A stretch of DNA of 39,751 nucleotides, taken from the NCBI GenBank assembly GCA_964617245.1, contig CAZTWF010000085.1, positions 1 to 39,751 of the forward strand, given 5' to 3'. The notes below the pieces were generated by a model. The model did no database searches. It saw only the letters and a program-made list of their open reading frames with translations, and was not told the DNA's origin. A program made the translations under genes and the position numbers. Positions 28,955 through 38,901 of this stretch are shown here, piece after piece. Within the stretch, counting starts at the first letter, position 1, and every line of letters starts with the position of its first letter. The DNA is from an uncultured Nitrososphaerota archaeon. Lineage in GTDB: Archaea; Thermoproteota; Methanomethylicia; Methanomethylicales; Methanomethylicaceae.

Positions 28955-29212
28955 ATGATGCTTGGAGAAATTGCTCCTTCTTTAATAGCTCTTATATTAG
29001 GTATAATCTTTGGTACACAATTAAATTATAAATTCACAGGAAGAATGGTTATATTACTAATTAGTTTTAGTATAGTAGCTAGTTTATTATTTGGAACTTT
29101 TACATTTATGTATTCTATATATGGAGGTTATATTGCTCCTGGTATAGGATTTTCTATGCCTTTAATAACTGCTACTATTGGTATTATTATAGGAAAATTA
29201 TTGAAAGGGTGA
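28955..29212 (+). CDS. Small integral membrane protein (MbhI position; unassigned)
   Basis: About 86 aa with 3 TM helices. The start is taken at the ATG after the GGTGA Shine-Dalgarno sequence. Confidence 0.4.
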   Translation: MMLGEIAPSLIALILGIIFGTQLNYKFTGRMVILLISFSIVASLLFGTFTFMYSIYGGYIAPGIGFSMPLITATIGIIIGKLLKG

Positions 29213-29655
29213 TAATTGTGTATCTTACAACTACTGATTGTGATAAATGTGGAAAATGTTGGGAAGCATGTCCTACTGATTGTATAATACATCCTGATGG
29301 CTATCCTTTTAGTTGTACTACTTGTGGTGAATGTCTAAAAGTATGTCCAGTTCATGCTATTAAAAGAAATAGATTTGGTGGATTATATGTAGATAGAAAA
29401 AGATGTACTCTTTGTGGTGAATGTGTTAAACATTGTCCATTTGGATTTGCTAAAATTATATTTGATGAGAATTTAGGAAGAGAAGTTGTAAAAGGAATAT
29501 GTGTAAGATGTGGAAAATGTCTAAAAGTATGTCCAAGAAATGCAAGATTTGATATAGGAAGATATATTCCTCATCCTTTAGATTATTCATTTGTTCTTGA
29601 AATTACTACACCTGAAAAATTAAAAGAAATTCTTAAAGGAGTTGTTAATAAATGA
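29209..29655 (+). CDS. Ferredoxin with four CxxCxxCxxxCP motifs (potentially 4 x [4Fe-4S])
   Basis: The four motifs are CDKCGKCWEACP, CTTCGECLKVCP, CTLCGECVKHCP and CVRCGKCLKVCP. Confidence 0.8.
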   Translation: MIIVYLTTTDCDKCGKCWEACPTDCIIHPDGYPFSCTTCGECLKVCPVHAIKRNRFGGLYVDRKRCTLCGECVKHCPFGFAKIIFDENLGREVVKGICVRCGKCLKVCPRNARFDIGRYIPHPLDYSFVLEITTPEKLKEILKGVVNK

Positions 29656-30674
29656 AAGTTTCAAAAAGGAAAATCTATAGAGATCTTTCAAAATGTATAT
29701 TATGTGGAAGATGTAGAAATGTATGTCCTACAAATGCTATTAAATTTGAAGTTAAATATTATGGATTATGTACACATTGTAATTTATGTGCAGAAATTTG
29801 TCCTGTAAAAGCTATAGATTCTTATGAAGGAAAAATAAGTCAAGAAGAATATGGTAAATTATATACAAATTTAAAGAGTTATAATGAAAGAAAAATAAAA
29901 TTAAATTGTGTTATGTGTATGAAATGTTATGAAGAATGTCCAGTTGATGCTATAAAAATAGTTGATGGAAAATTAGAAATTAATAAAGGAAATGCTTTTC
30001 CATCTATTATAAATTGTAATTTATGTTCTTTATGTTCTATGGTATGTCCAAATAATGCTTTAAAATTTGAAATGAATAGAATAAAATTAAATCCTGAATT
30101 ATGTACTCTTTGTGGTGAATGTGTTAAACATTGTGTAACAAATACTATGTATCTTAAAGATAGATATCCTGCAGGATATTGTGTTATGTGTGGTCGTTGT
30201 ATAAAATCATGTCCTGTTTCTGCTCTTTCCATAAAGACTATTACTTGGGATGGTGAAATAACTACATGTATAAAATGTGGTACATGTGTAAAGATATGTC
30301 CAGTTAATGCTATAAGTCTTAATCCAATAATTGATGATAAACCATTAATTAATACAAGTAAATGTATTCTTTGTGAATTATGTGCTGCTTATTGTCCTGT
30401 TGATGGTATTCCTATATTAAATATACTTAAAAAGAAAAAGTTAGAACAATGGTCAATATCAATAGATAGAAATGTATGTATTGGTTGTGGACTTTGTGTA
30501 GATGCTTGTAAAATATCACTTAAAGGAGAAAGTGCAGTATATCTTAATAAAGGATTAGCTTATGTAAATAAAGATAAATGTATTGGATGTGGTGCATGTG
30601 CTATGACATGTCCAACTGATTGTATTAAATTAACTAAAATTTATGAAACAAAGGAGGTTGTTATAATACCATGA
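29652..30674 (+). CDS. Polyferredoxin with ten CxxCxxCxxxC motifs (potentially 10 x [4Fe-4S])
   Basis: I counted ten motifs in the 340 aa translation. Eight end in CP, one in CV and one in CK. No TM helices are present. Confidence 0.85.
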   Translation: MKVSKRKIYRDLSKCILCGRCRNVCPTNAIKFEVKYYGLCTHCNLCAEICPVKAIDSYEGKISQEEYGKLYTNLKSYNERKIKLNCVMCMKCYEECPVDAIKIVDGKLEINKGNAFPSIINCNLCSLCSMVCPNNALKFEMNRIKLNPELCTLCGECVKHCVTNTMYLKDRYPAGYCVMCGRCIKSCPVSALSIKTITWDGEITTCIKCGTCVKICPVNAISLNPIIDDKPLINTSKCILCELCAAYCPVDGIPILNILKKKKLEQWSISIDRNVCIGCGLCVDACKISLKGESAVYLNKGLAYVNKDKCIGCGACAMTCPTDCIKLTKIYETKEVVIIP

Positions 30675-31153
30675 TAACTTTATTAAGACTTATGCTTCAA
30701 GGAGCTTATAGAAATATTGCAAGAATATTAGCAAAAGCTGATAGAGCTACAAGTATTGAAATAAGAAATAAAGTTTTAACTCTATCTGTACCAGCTTGGG
30801 AAACTGTACTTGATGAAATGTGTATTGGATGTGGTGCATGTGAAAAAGTTTGTCCAACTAAGGCTATAACTATGATAAAATTAGAAAAACCAATTGAAAT
30901 AATTGAAGGTTATAAAAGAGAAAAAGTTCCTAGAATAGATTTAATGAAATGTGTCTTCTGTTTAAATTGTCATGATTTTTGTCCTATTTTTGCATTATTT
31001 GGAGAAGCAGCACCAATTCATGCAAGAGATGTAGGTAGTCCTAGATTAACTCTTAGTGAAATACTTAAGAAACCAATAAAAGCACCACCAGAAAAAATTG
31101 AAGAGCTTAAGAAATTAATTCCATCTGAATTTTTTAAAAGTATAAGGAGGTAA
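30671..31153 (+). CDS. 2 x [4Fe-4S] subunit, NuoI/MbhN/EchF/HycF-like
   Basis: [12 protein letters not shown] and [12 protein letters not shown] with the spacing and N-terminal leader typical of NuoI-like subunits. Length is 160 aa. Confidence 0.75.
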   Translation: MITLLRLMLQGAYRNIARILAKADRATSIEIRNKVLTLSVPAWETVLDEMCIGCGACEKVCPTKAITMIKLEKPIEIIEGYKREKVPRIDLMKCVFCLNCHDFCPIFALFGEAAPIHARDVGSPRLTLSEILKKPIKAPPEKIEELKKLIPSEFFKSIRR

Positions 31154-31157
31154 GAAT

Positions 31158-31607
31158 ATGGGATTAAAAGCTATTGCAAGAAAAAATGCAATTCATGTCA
31201 TGTTAATTTATACTGGAGGATGTAATGGTTGTGATATTGAAGTTGTTAATGCAGTTTTCTCTCCAAGATATGATGTAGAACAATATAGAGTTCTTTTAAC
31301 ATGGAATCCAAGAGAAGCAGATGTACTTATTGTTACAGGATGTGTTACTTGGCAAATGATAGAACCATTAAAGAAAATTTATTCATTAATACCTGAACCT
31401 AAAGCTGTTGTTGCTGTTGGTGCATGTGCTATAAATGGTAATGTGTATAAGAATATGGTAGGAGAAATTGAAGTAAATGAAGAAGTATTCGCTCCAATAG
31501 ATAATATAGTTCCTGTAGATGCTAAAGTACCTGGATGTGCTCCAAGACCTGAAGATATACTAACAGGAGTTGTAAAAGTAGTACCAAAATTAATGGAGGC
31601 ACCATAA
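31158..31607 (+). CDS. Group-4 [NiFe]-hydrogenase small subunit (NuoB/MbhJ/EchC-like)
   Basis: [20 protein letters not shown] and PGCAPRPE. Length is 149 aa, and a strong AGGAGG Shine-Dalgarno sequence lies upstream. Confidence 0.9.
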   Translation: MGLKAIARKNAIHVMLIYTGGCNGCDIEVVNAVFSPRYDVEQYRVLLTWNPREADVLIVTGCVTWQMIEPLKKIYSLIPEPKAVVAVGACAINGNVYKNMVGEIEVNEEVFAPIDNIVPVDAKVPGCAPRPEDILTGVVKVVPKLMEAP

Positions 31608-32777
31608 ATGTCTAAAAAAATAATAGAAAAAGAAATCTCCATAGGGCCAGTTCATCCTGCTTTAATTGAACCATATAGAATTAGATTTTTTGTAAATGAT
31701 GAAATTGTTGAAGATTGTGAAATAAATATAAATATGGCATATAGAGGTGTAGAAAGATTATTAGAAGGTCTTCCTGTAGAAAAAGCATTATTAATTACAG
31801 AAAGAATTTGTGGAATTTGTTCAAATGTTCATGCATGGAATTCTATTCGTGTTATAGAATCAGGTCTTAAAATAGAAGTTCCTGAAAGAGCTAATTATAT
31901 AAGAGTTTTAATTAATGAAATTCAACGTATAGCAAGTCACTTAATATTTTTTGGTCATGCCTTTGAAGTTGTAGGACATGAAACCTTTGCTTATAGATCT
32001 TTTCTACTCAGAGAAGTATTTATGGATCTAATGGCTTATATTGGTGGTAATAGAGTAATGCCTTCTGTTCCTGTAATTGGAGGTATAAGACCAAGAGCAG
32101 ATTTAACTAATACTCTTAAAAAAGTAATATTAGAGAGAGCAAATGATTTTGAAAAGAAATATAAAGAATATGTTGATAGAATTCTTGCAGATACTATGGT
32201 AATGTCAAGATTAACTGGTGTAGGATTTTTATCAAAAGAAGAAGCTATAAAATATCGTGCTACAGGTCCAACAGGTAGAGCTTCTGGATGGAATTATGAT
32301 GTAAGAACACTTATGCATGAATATAAACCATTTGATTTTGAAGTAATTGTACTTAAAGAAGGTGATAACAGAGCAAGAGTAGTTCAAAGAGCTCTTGAAG
32401 TTTTTGAATGTTTAAAGATAATTAGACAAGTAGTAAATAATTTACCAGAAGGACCTGTTGTAAATAGAAACTGGACTGTAAAAGAAATGCCATATACAAC
32501 TGCATATTTTGAAGCATTTAGAGGAGAATTAATGCATTCATATGGATTAGATTCTCAAGGATTAATACGTAATTATAAAGTTAGAACACCAACACCTACT
32601 AATCTTGCTGCTATGGAAAAAGCATGTATTGGTGATCATATAACAGATGCTGTTGTAACTATAGCAAGTTGTGATCCTTGTCTTACTTGTTGTACAAGAA
32701 TTGAAGTAGTAGAATCTGGAAAAACTAAGATTATGAGTGATATTGAAATTGTAAGAAAATATGGATGGAGGAGATAA
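31608..32777 (+). CDS. Group-4 [NiFe]-hydrogenase large subunit (NuoD/MbhL/EchE-like)
   Basis: The N-terminal Ni-Fe motif is RICGICSNVH (Cys68, Cys71). The C-terminal motif is DPCLTCCTR (Cys358, Cys361, Arg364), followed by a 25 aa tail. Length is 389 aa. Confidence 0.9.
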   Translation: MSKKIIEKEISIGPVHPALIEPYRIRFFVNDEIVEDCEININMAYRGVERLLEGLPVEKALLITERICGICSNVHAWNSIRVIESGLKIEVPERANYIRVLINEIQRIASHLIFFGHAFEVVGHETFAYRSFLLREVFMDLMAYIGGNRVMPSVPVIGGIRPRADLTNTLKKVILERANDFEKKYKEYVDRILADTMVMSRLTGVGFLSKEEAIKYRATGPTGRASGWNYDVRTLMHEYKPFDFEVIVLKEGDNRARVVQRALEVFECLKIIRQVVNNLPEGPVVNRNWTVKEMPYTTAYFEAFRGELMHSYGLDSQGLIRNYKVRTPTPTNLAAMEKACIGDHITDAVVTIASCDPCLTCCTRIEVVESGKTKIMSDIEIVRKYGWRR

Positions 32778-32779
32778 AT

Positions 32780-33808
32780 ATGGAATTAATAAAAATATTA
32801 TTAGCTTCTATATTAGCTATAATTATTTCAATTCCATATTCTTTAATTCTTCCAGGAATTGAAAGAAAAATTCAAGCAAGAATACAACAAAGAATTGGAC
32901 CACCTATACTTACTCCAGGATTATGGGCAGTATTAAAATTCTGGTATAAAAAAGATGTAGAACCAGTTTCATACTTACCTACATTCTATAAATCATTAAT
33001 AATATTTGGTATTATTATATGCATTATCTTATTCTTATTTTCTACACCATATTGGTGGCAAATACTAGGCTGGGGTAGTGTACTTGGTTTAATTGGAATG
33101 TTGAAATTAGAAGAATGTTTATATGTTCTAATGGGCTCACAATCACAATCCTTTTTATCTACAACAATGCCTGTACCAGATCTTGCTAAAGGAGCTAAAG
33201 GTGTTGGTATATTTAGAGAATTTTTAGAACAACATTCTGCTGAAAGATCAATAAAAATGATGGCAGTAGGCTCACTTCCATTATATATCGCTTTCACAGT
33301 TCCTTTTGCTATGGCAAAAAGTGGAATGCTTTCAGATGTAATAAGAATTCAAAATCCATTATACTTTAATTCTACATGGCTTTCTATTCCAATTCCATCC
33401 AATCCAATAATATTTACAATTCCAGGCTTTCTATCAGCTATTGTATACTTTATAGGATATGTTATATTATTAAATGAAAAGCCTTTTAATATATTAAAAG
33501 CTAAAGTTGATGTAATTGAAGGAGGAATTCTTGAATATGCTGCAAAACTTAGAGCAGGATATTATATAATAAGAAATCTTATGTTATTTATACTTTCAAG
33601 TATTTTTGTTACATTATTTATTGGAATACCATTTGATCCTTTTATGCCTTTATGTATGATTATGAATATAATATTAAGCTTAATAATGCCAATTGCTCTT
33701 TCTGTATTTGTAGCATTTTCTCCAATATTTACTTTCCGTCAAATTTATCCAACAGTTATAGGATTTTCTGCAATGGGAGCACTTGCCTTAATAATTTCTA
33801 TAATCTGA
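32780..33808 (+). CDS. NuoH/MbhM/EchB-like membrane subunit
   Basis: GIERKIQARIQQRIGPP (the NuoH RK..A..Q.R.GP motif) and about 8 TM helices. The start is taken at ATG 32780 after GGAGG. Confidence 0.8.
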   Translation: MELIKILLASILAIIISIPYSLILPGIERKIQARIQQRIGPPILTPGLWAVLKFWYKKDVEPVSYLPTFYKSLIIFGIIICIILFLFSTPYWWQILGWGSVLGLIGMLKLEECLYVLMGSQSQSFLSTTMPVPDLAKGAKGVGIFREFLEQHSAERSIKMMAVGSLPLYIAFTVPFAMAKSGMLSDVIRIQNPLYFNSTWLSIPIPSNPIIFTIPGFLSAIVYFIGYVILLNEKPFNILKAKVDVIEGGILEYAAKLRAGYYIIRNLMLFILSSIFVTLFIGIPFDPFMPLCMIMNIILSLIMPIALSVFVAFSPIFTFRQIYPTVIGFSAMGALALIISII

Positions 33809-33817
33809 GGTGATAAT

Positions 33818-34069
33818 ATGCCAAAAATTGTTTTAAGAGGAAAACATGTGATAAATCTTGGTGGATGGATTGTAGAAAATGTAGCTAATTTACCATATAG
33901 AGATTATATTGTTGGAAATCCATTTGATGAACCTGTTAAAATAGAAGCTCCTATATATTCTATTGATGGTATAAAAGCACTACAAGAACTTGGTTTAATT
34001 GTTGAACCTTTATTACCATATGAAAATCTTGTAGAAAAAATTAAAAAAGTAAAATCTATGATTAGGTAA
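33818..34069 (+). CDS. Hypothetical soluble protein between the hydrogenase and ATPase genes
   Basis: 83 aa with no Cys motif and no TM helices. An AGGTGA Shine-Dalgarno sequence lies upstream. The spacer is 9 nt after the NuoH-like gene and 5 nt before atpF. Confidence 0.45.
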   Translation: MPKIVLRGKHVINLGGWIVENVANLPYRDYIVGNPFDEPVKIEAPIYSIDGIKALQELGLIVEPLLPYENLVEKIKKVKSMIR

Positions 34070-34074
34070 TAAAA

Positions 34075-34356
34075 ATGAAAATTGTTTTTATTGGTAATCC
34101 AGGGCTAACATATGGATATAAACTATTTAATGTAGAGTGTATACCAGTTACTTCAAAAGAAGAATTCTTAAAAGCAATTGAAAAGGTATTGAAAATGAAT
34201 GATGTGGGAATTATATTAATAGATAGTGATTTTTCTTCATTAGTAAAAGATTATATTTATAATTTAAAAATAAAAACAACAATTCCTTTTATAGTAGAAG
34301 TTCCCGGATTAAAATCTACTCCAGAATTAAATATAAAAGTTATTTCAATAAGATGA
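34075..34356 (+). CDS. atpF: A-type ATP synthase subunit F
   Basis: 93 aa reading MKIVFIGNPGLTYGYKLFNVE...VGIILID, which fits the AtpF/VatF pattern. Confidence 0.7.
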   Translation: MKIVFIGNPGLTYGYKLFNVECIPVTSKEEFLKAIEKVLKMNDVGIILIDSDFSSLVKDYIYNLKIKTTIPFIVEVPGLKSTPELNIKVISIR

Positions 34357-34369
34357 TAAGGTGTTAAAT

Positions 34370-34963
34370 ATGAGTCAGAATATAGAAGCTTTTAAACAAA
34401 TGGTTGATAAATTACTAAATGATACAAAAGAAAAAGCAATTTCTATTATCAATAGTACATTTGAAGATATCTTGAAAACATTTAATGAATCTGAAAAATA
34501 TGCTACATCTTATTATAAAGAAATTTTATCTTCATATAAAGAAAGAGCAGAAATTGAATCAAAAAAAGAAATTTCAAAAGCAGAGATAGAATCTCGATTA
34601 TATTTATTAAATTTAAAAGATACATATATTAATAAAGTTTTTGAAGAAGTAAAATCTAAATTTATAGAGTATTGTAAAAGTGATGAATATATAGAGATAA
34701 TTTTAGAAAAATTAAAGAATATATCAAAGGAAATCCCTATAGAACAACTTCTTATGAAAGAAGAGGATATTAAACGTATAAAAATTAGTAGACTTAAAAA
34801 AATTTTAGGCTCTTCAGAAATAAAGCCTCATCCTATTGAAATAGGTGGATTTATTATTATATCTAAAGATGGAAAATTAACAATAAATAGAACATTTGAT
34901 TATTTATTAGAAAAAGAAAAACAAATTCTAAGATCAAAAATTGCAGCAATTCTATTTAGGTGA
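34370..34963 (+). CDS. atpE: A-type ATP synthase subunit E (peripheral stalk)
   Basis: About 198 aa with a long N-terminal coiled coil and a globular C-terminus ([19 protein letters not shown]), placed just before atpA. Confidence 0.65.
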   Translation: MSQNIEAFKQMVDKLLNDTKEKAISIINSTFEDILKTFNESEKYATSYYKEILSSYKERAEIESKKEISKAEIESRLYLLNLKDTYINKVFEEVKSKFIEYCKSDEYIEIILEKLKNISKEIPIEQLLMKEEDIKRIKISRLKKILGSSEIKPHPIEIGGFIIISKDGKLTINRTFDYLLEKEKQILRSKIAAILFR

Positions 34964-34968
34964 TAAAA

Positions 34969-36732
34969 ATGAAAATTGGTAAAATAATGAGAATAAGTGG
35001 TCCTGTTGTACAAGCTGAAGGTGCACTAGGTTTTGAAATGCATGAATTAGTAATGGTTGGAAATGAGGAATTAGTAGGCGAAGTTGTCAGAATAGAAGGA
35101 GATATTATAACAGTACAAGTATATGAGGATACTGTTGGTTTAAAAATAGGAGAACATGTTAAAGGCTCTGGAATGCCTTTAGCTGTAGAACTAGGTCCTG
35201 GATTATTACAAAATATATTTGATGGAATCCAACGTCCACTTACTGTTATAAAAGAAATTACTGGTGATTTTGTAAGAAGAGGAGTTAAAACAACAGCATT
35301 ATCAAGAGATAAAAAATGGCATTTTATTCCATTAAAAAAAGTAGGAGATTATGTAAAGCCTGGTGAAATTATTGGAAAAATCCAAGAAACACCATTAGTA
35401 GAACATAGAATTCTTGTCCCTCCAAATAGAGAAGGTAAAATAGAATATATAGTAGAAGAAGGTGATTACACAATAGAAGAAATAATAGCAAAACTTTCAT
35501 TAAATAATGTAACATATGATTTAAAAATGTATCATAGATGGCCTGTAAGAAAACCAAGACCTTATGTAGAACGTCTTGAACCAACAGAACCTCTTATTAC
35601 TGGTCAAAGAATTATTGATACTCTATTTCCAATTGCTAAAGGAGGAGCAGTTTGTATTCCTGGAGGATTTGGTACTGGCAAAACTGTAACTTCTCATCAA
35701 CTTGCTGCATGGTCAGATGCTCATATAATTGTATACATTGGTTGTGGAGAAAGAGGAAATGAAATGACTGAAGTTCTAATAAACTTTCCAGAATGGAAGG
35801 ATCCAAGAACTGGAAGACCATTAATGGAAAGAACAATATTAATTGCAAATACAAGTAATATGCCTGTAGCTGCAAGAGAAGCTAGTATATATACTGGTGT
35901 AACAATGGCTGAATACTTTAGAGATATGGGATATGATGTTGCAATAATGGCAGATTCTACAAGTAGATGGGCTGAAGCATTAAGAGAAATTGCTGGAAGA
36001 CTTGAAGAAATGCCAGCTGAAGAAGGTTATCCTCCATATCTTGCATCTAGACTTGGAGAATTTTATGAACGTGCTGGAAGAGTTAAAACATTAAGTGGAT
36101 TATACGGGTCTGTAACATTAATAGGTGCAGTTTCTCCACCAGGAGGAGATTTTTCAGAACCTGTAACCGTTCATACAAAAAGATTTGTAAGAGCATTTTG
36201 GGCATTAGATACTGCATTAGCAAGTATGCGTCATTATCCTGCAATAAATTGGTTAATATCATATTCTGAATATGTTGATTATGTTGAAAAATGGTGGAAT
36301 GATAAAACCCATGGAAATTGGAAGAACTTAAGATTAAAAGCTCTTGAAATTTTGAAAAGAGAAGATGAATTAAAAGAAATTATAAGATTAGTTGGTATAG
36401 AATCTCTTCCTGAAAGTGAAAAATTAATTCTTGAAACTGCAAGACTCTTAAGAGAAGCTTTCCTTCAGCAAAATGCATATGATCCAATAGATACATATTC
36501 TTCACCAGAAAAACAATATATGCTTCTATATGCAATTCTTGAATTTCATGATATGGCACTTAAATCAATTTCAAAAGGTATACCAGTTTCAAAGATTATT
36601 TCATTAAAGTCTATTATTGATTTAGCAAAAGCAAGAATGAATATACCAAATGAGAAAATTAATGAAATAGATAATATTTTAAGACAAATAAAAGATGAAA
36701 TCAATAGTATTATGGAGGAGAGATCTTCATGA
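34969..36732 (+). CDS. atpA: A-type ATP synthase catalytic subunit A
   Basis: P-loop [18 protein letters not shown], and the non-homologous region typical of A subunits. Length is about 587 aa with no intein-sized insertion. Confidence 0.95.
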   Translation: MKIGKIMRISGPVVQAEGALGFEMHELVMVGNEELVGEVVRIEGDIITVQVYEDTVGLKIGEHVKGSGMPLAVELGPGLLQNIFDGIQRPLTVIKEITGDFVRRGVKTTALSRDKKWHFIPLKKVGDYVKPGEIIGKIQETPLVEHRILVPPNREGKIEYIVEEGDYTIEEIIAKLSLNNVTYDLKMYHRWPVRKPRPYVERLEPTEPLITGQRIIDTLFPIAKGGAVCIPGGFGTGKTVTSHQLAAWSDAHIIVYIGCGERGNEMTEVLINFPEWKDPRTGRPLMERTILIANTSNMPVAAREASIYTGVTMAEYFRDMGYDVAIMADSTSRWAEALREIAGRLEEMPAEEGYPPYLASRLGEFYERAGRVKTLSGLYGSVTLIGAVSPPGGDFSEPVTVHTKRFVRAFWALDTALASMRHYPAINWLISYSEYVDYVEKWWNDKTHGNWKNLRLKALEILKREDELKEIIRLVGIESLPESEKLILETARLLREAFLQQNAYDPIDTYSSPEKQYMLLYAILEFHDMALKSISKGIPVSKIISLKSIIDLAKARMNIPNEKINEIDNILRQIKDEINSIMEERSS

Positions 36733-38117
36733 GTATAGAATATAGAACTATACAAAAAATTAGTGGACCTTTAATATTTGTAGAGGGAGTATCTGGTGTA
36801 GGATATAATGAACTTGTAGAAATAAAAGATCCAGAAGGAAATTTAAGAAGAGGAAGAGTTCTTGAAATTAATAGAAATATTGCAGTAGTTGAGGTTTTTG
36901 AGGGAACAACAGGTCTATCCATTACATCTTCAACTGTAAGATTTCTTGGCAAACCTTTAACAATACCATTATCAACTGAAATGCTTGGTAGAATTTTCAA
37001 TGGGCTTGGAGAACCAATAGATGGTGGCCCTTCTCCATTTACAGAGGAATATAGAGATGTAAATGGATTACCAATAAATCCATATGCAAGAGATTATCCT
37101 ACAAAATTCATACAAACAGGCATTTCTGCTATTGATGGTATGAATACATTAGTAAGAGGACAGAAATTACCAATTTTCTCAGGTTCTGGTTTACCTCATA
37201 ATTTACTTGCAACACAAATAGCAAGACAAGCTACAATAGTTGGTGAAGAAGAAGGATTTGCTGTTATATTTGTGGCTATGGGTATAAAACATGATGAAGC
37301 TGAATTCTTTAAGAAAAGTTTTGAAGAATCTGGTGTATTAAAAAATTCAGCTTTATTTTTAAATTTAGCAGATGATCCTCCTGTAGAAAGATTAGTAACA
37401 CCAAGATGTGCTTTAACTTTAGCAGAATATTTAGCATTTGAACAAGATATGCATATATTAGTTATATTAACTGATATGACAAATTATGCAGAAGCATTAC
37501 GTGAAATTAGTGCAGCAAGAGAAGAAGTTCCAAGTAGAAAAGGATATCCAGGTTATATGTATAGTGATCTTGCTTCTATTTATGAACGTGCTGGAAGAAT
37601 AAAAGGAAAAAAAGGAAGTATAACTCAAATGCCTGTACTTACTATGCCAAATGATGATATTACTCATCCTATTCCTGATCTTACTGGATATATAACAGAA
37701 GGACAAATTGTACTTGATAGAGATTTACATAGACGTGGCATATATCCACCAATAAATGTTCTTCCAAGTCTTTCTAGATTAATGAAAGATGGAATAGGAA
37801 AAGGAAAAACAAGAGAAGATCATGGTCCAGTATCTAATCAGCTTTATGCTGCATATGCAAGAGCTCAGGAATTGAGAATGTTAAGTACTATAATTGGAGA
37901 AGAAGGATTAACTGATAGAGATAAATTATATTTAAAATTTGGAGAATTATTTGAAAGAAAATTCTTAAGTCAAGGAGTAAATGAAAATAGAACTCTAGAA
38001 ACTACATTAAATATTGCATGGGAATTACTTTCTATATTTCCAGAAAGTGAACTTACAAGAATTCCAGATTACATAATAAAGAAATACTGTAAGAGGGCGC
38101 AACTCTTTGTCTCTTAG
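36729..38117 (+). CDS. atpB: A-type ATP synthase subunit B
   Basis: [43 protein letters not shown] and [11 protein letters not shown]. Confidence 0.95.
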   Translation: MSIEYRTIQKISGPLIFVEGVSGVGYNELVEIKDPEGNLRRGRVLEINRNIAVVEVFEGTTGLSITSSTVRFLGKPLTIPLSTEMLGRIFNGLGEPIDGGPSPFTEEYRDVNGLPINPYARDYPTKFIQTGISAIDGMNTLVRGQKLPIFSGSGLPHNLLATQIARQATIVGEEEGFAVIFVAMGIKHDEAEFFKKSFEESGVLKNSALFLNLADDPPVERLVTPRCALTLAEYLAFEQDMHILVILTDMTNYAEALREISAAREEVPSRKGYPGYMYSDLASIYERAGRIKGKKGSITQMPVLTMPNDDITHPIPDLTGYITEGQIVLDRDLHRRGIYPPINVLPSLSRLMKDGIGKGKTREDHGPVSNQLYAAYARAQELRMLSTIIGEEGLTDRDKLYLKFGELFERKFLSQGVNENRTLETTLNIAWELLSIFPESELTRIPDYIIKKYCKRAQLFVS

Positions 38118-38733
38118 AGTTATTCCCTCTAAGATAAATTTAATTCGTTTTAAAAGAACTCTTAATTTTTTAATTAGAGTTCATGATCTTCTTGAAGATA
38201 AGAAAGAAATTTTACTTTTAGAAATAAGTAGAAGATTAAATGAAACAATAAAATTAAGAAAAGAAGTTAATGAAATGTTAAGATATGCTTATGAGCTTTT
38301 AAGTAAAGCTAATGTAATAGTGGGTAATAAAAAAATAGAAGCAATAAAACCAGTAAGTGAATATAAAATTGAAATTAAAAAGAGAAAGATTATGGGAATA
38401 ACTATACCTGCTATTTCTTTTTCTAAAGAAAGAAAACCTATTTCTTATGGTATTTCTCAACCTACTATATTATTAGATAATTCTATTGAAGTTTTTGATA
38501 AAAGTATATTAATGCTATTGAAATTAGCAGAAATGGAAATGATTCTAATAAAATTATTAGAAGAAGTTAAAAATACTCAAAAAAGAATAAATGCACTAGA
38601 GTACATTTTAATTCCTCGATATCGAAATCTAATAGCATTTATATCTTCTGTTCTAGAAGAAAGTGAAAGAGAGGAATTCATAAGAATTAAAAAACTTAAA
38701 AGTATTTGGATGAGGCGAGCAAAACATGGATAG
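38107..38733 (+). CDS. atpD: A-type ATP synthase subunit D (central stalk)
   Basis: [18 protein letters not shown]...[10 protein letters not shown] at the N-terminus and [11 protein letters not shown] at the C-terminus. The TTG start overlaps atpB by 11 nt. Confidence 0.85.
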   Translation: MSLRVIPSKINLIRFKRTLNFLIRVHDLLEDKKEILLLEISRRLNETIKLRKEVNEMLRYAYELLSKANVIVGNKKIEAIKPVSEYKIEIKKRKIMGITIPAISFSKERKPISYGISQPTILLDNSIEVFDKSILMLLKLAEMEMILIKLLEEVKNTQKRINALEYILIPRYRNLIAFISSVLEESEREEFIRIKKLKSIWMRRAKHG

Positions 38734-38866
38734 AGAGGAATTAAAAATAAAAGAAATTTATGAATTAAAGAAAACTGAAATAAGAAAACAAATAGAAGAT
38801 ATCATTAATGAATTATCAAAAGAAATTGAAAGAAAAAAAGAAGAAATATATAAGGAAGTTTTATAA
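38726..38866 (+). CDS. 46 aa K/E-rich coiled-coil ORF (not in the ORF track), a possible small stalk subunit (H/G-like or Sulfolobus epsilon-position)
   Basis: Hand translation gives [46 protein letters not shown]. Its ATG overlaps the atpD stop by 8 nt. The assignment rests on position only. Confidence 0.35.
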   Translation: MDREELKIKEIYELKKTEIRKQIEDIINELSKEIERKKEEIYKEVL

Positions 38867-38881
38867 AAGAGTTTTATAAAA
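38857..38881 (+). promoter_or_regulatory. Tandem duplicated TATA-like 12-mer AGTTTTATAAAA (38857-38868 and 38870-38881) upstream of the proteolipid gene
   Basis: There are two exact copies with a 13-nt period. The second copy is centred about 26 nt upstream of TTG 38902. Confidence 0.35.
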
Positions 38882-38901
38882 ACAGAGAGAGGCGAACATT
38901 A

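Noticed and set aside
29209-31153. Periodic TGT...TGT...TGT motifs that look like a DNA repeat array
   Set aside because: The periodicity comes from protein-level CxxCxxCxxxC ferredoxin cassettes in open frames. Only the 34-nt and 22-nt exact matches are reported as findings.
34969-36732. Possible intein in the ATPase A subunit
   Set aside because: The length (about 587 aa) and the uninterrupted motifs around the P-loop and GERGNEM show no insertion.
2505-37706. Antisense or shadow ORFs in the supplied track: 2505-2717, 6485-6841, 7160-7396, 7365-7577, 8967-9176, 10337-10594, 11162-11362, 12715-13059, 14122-14370, 21881-22126, 23598-23906, 24838-25086, 25912-26136, 29927-30232, 31379-31642, 32986-33297, 35369-35584, 35636-35875, 36546-36755, 36710-37000, 37497-37706
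   Set aside because: Each lies opposite or out of frame within a gene that has strong family motifs. Their translations are low-complexity F/I/L/S-rich strings, as expected from reading AT-rich coding DNA in the wrong frame.
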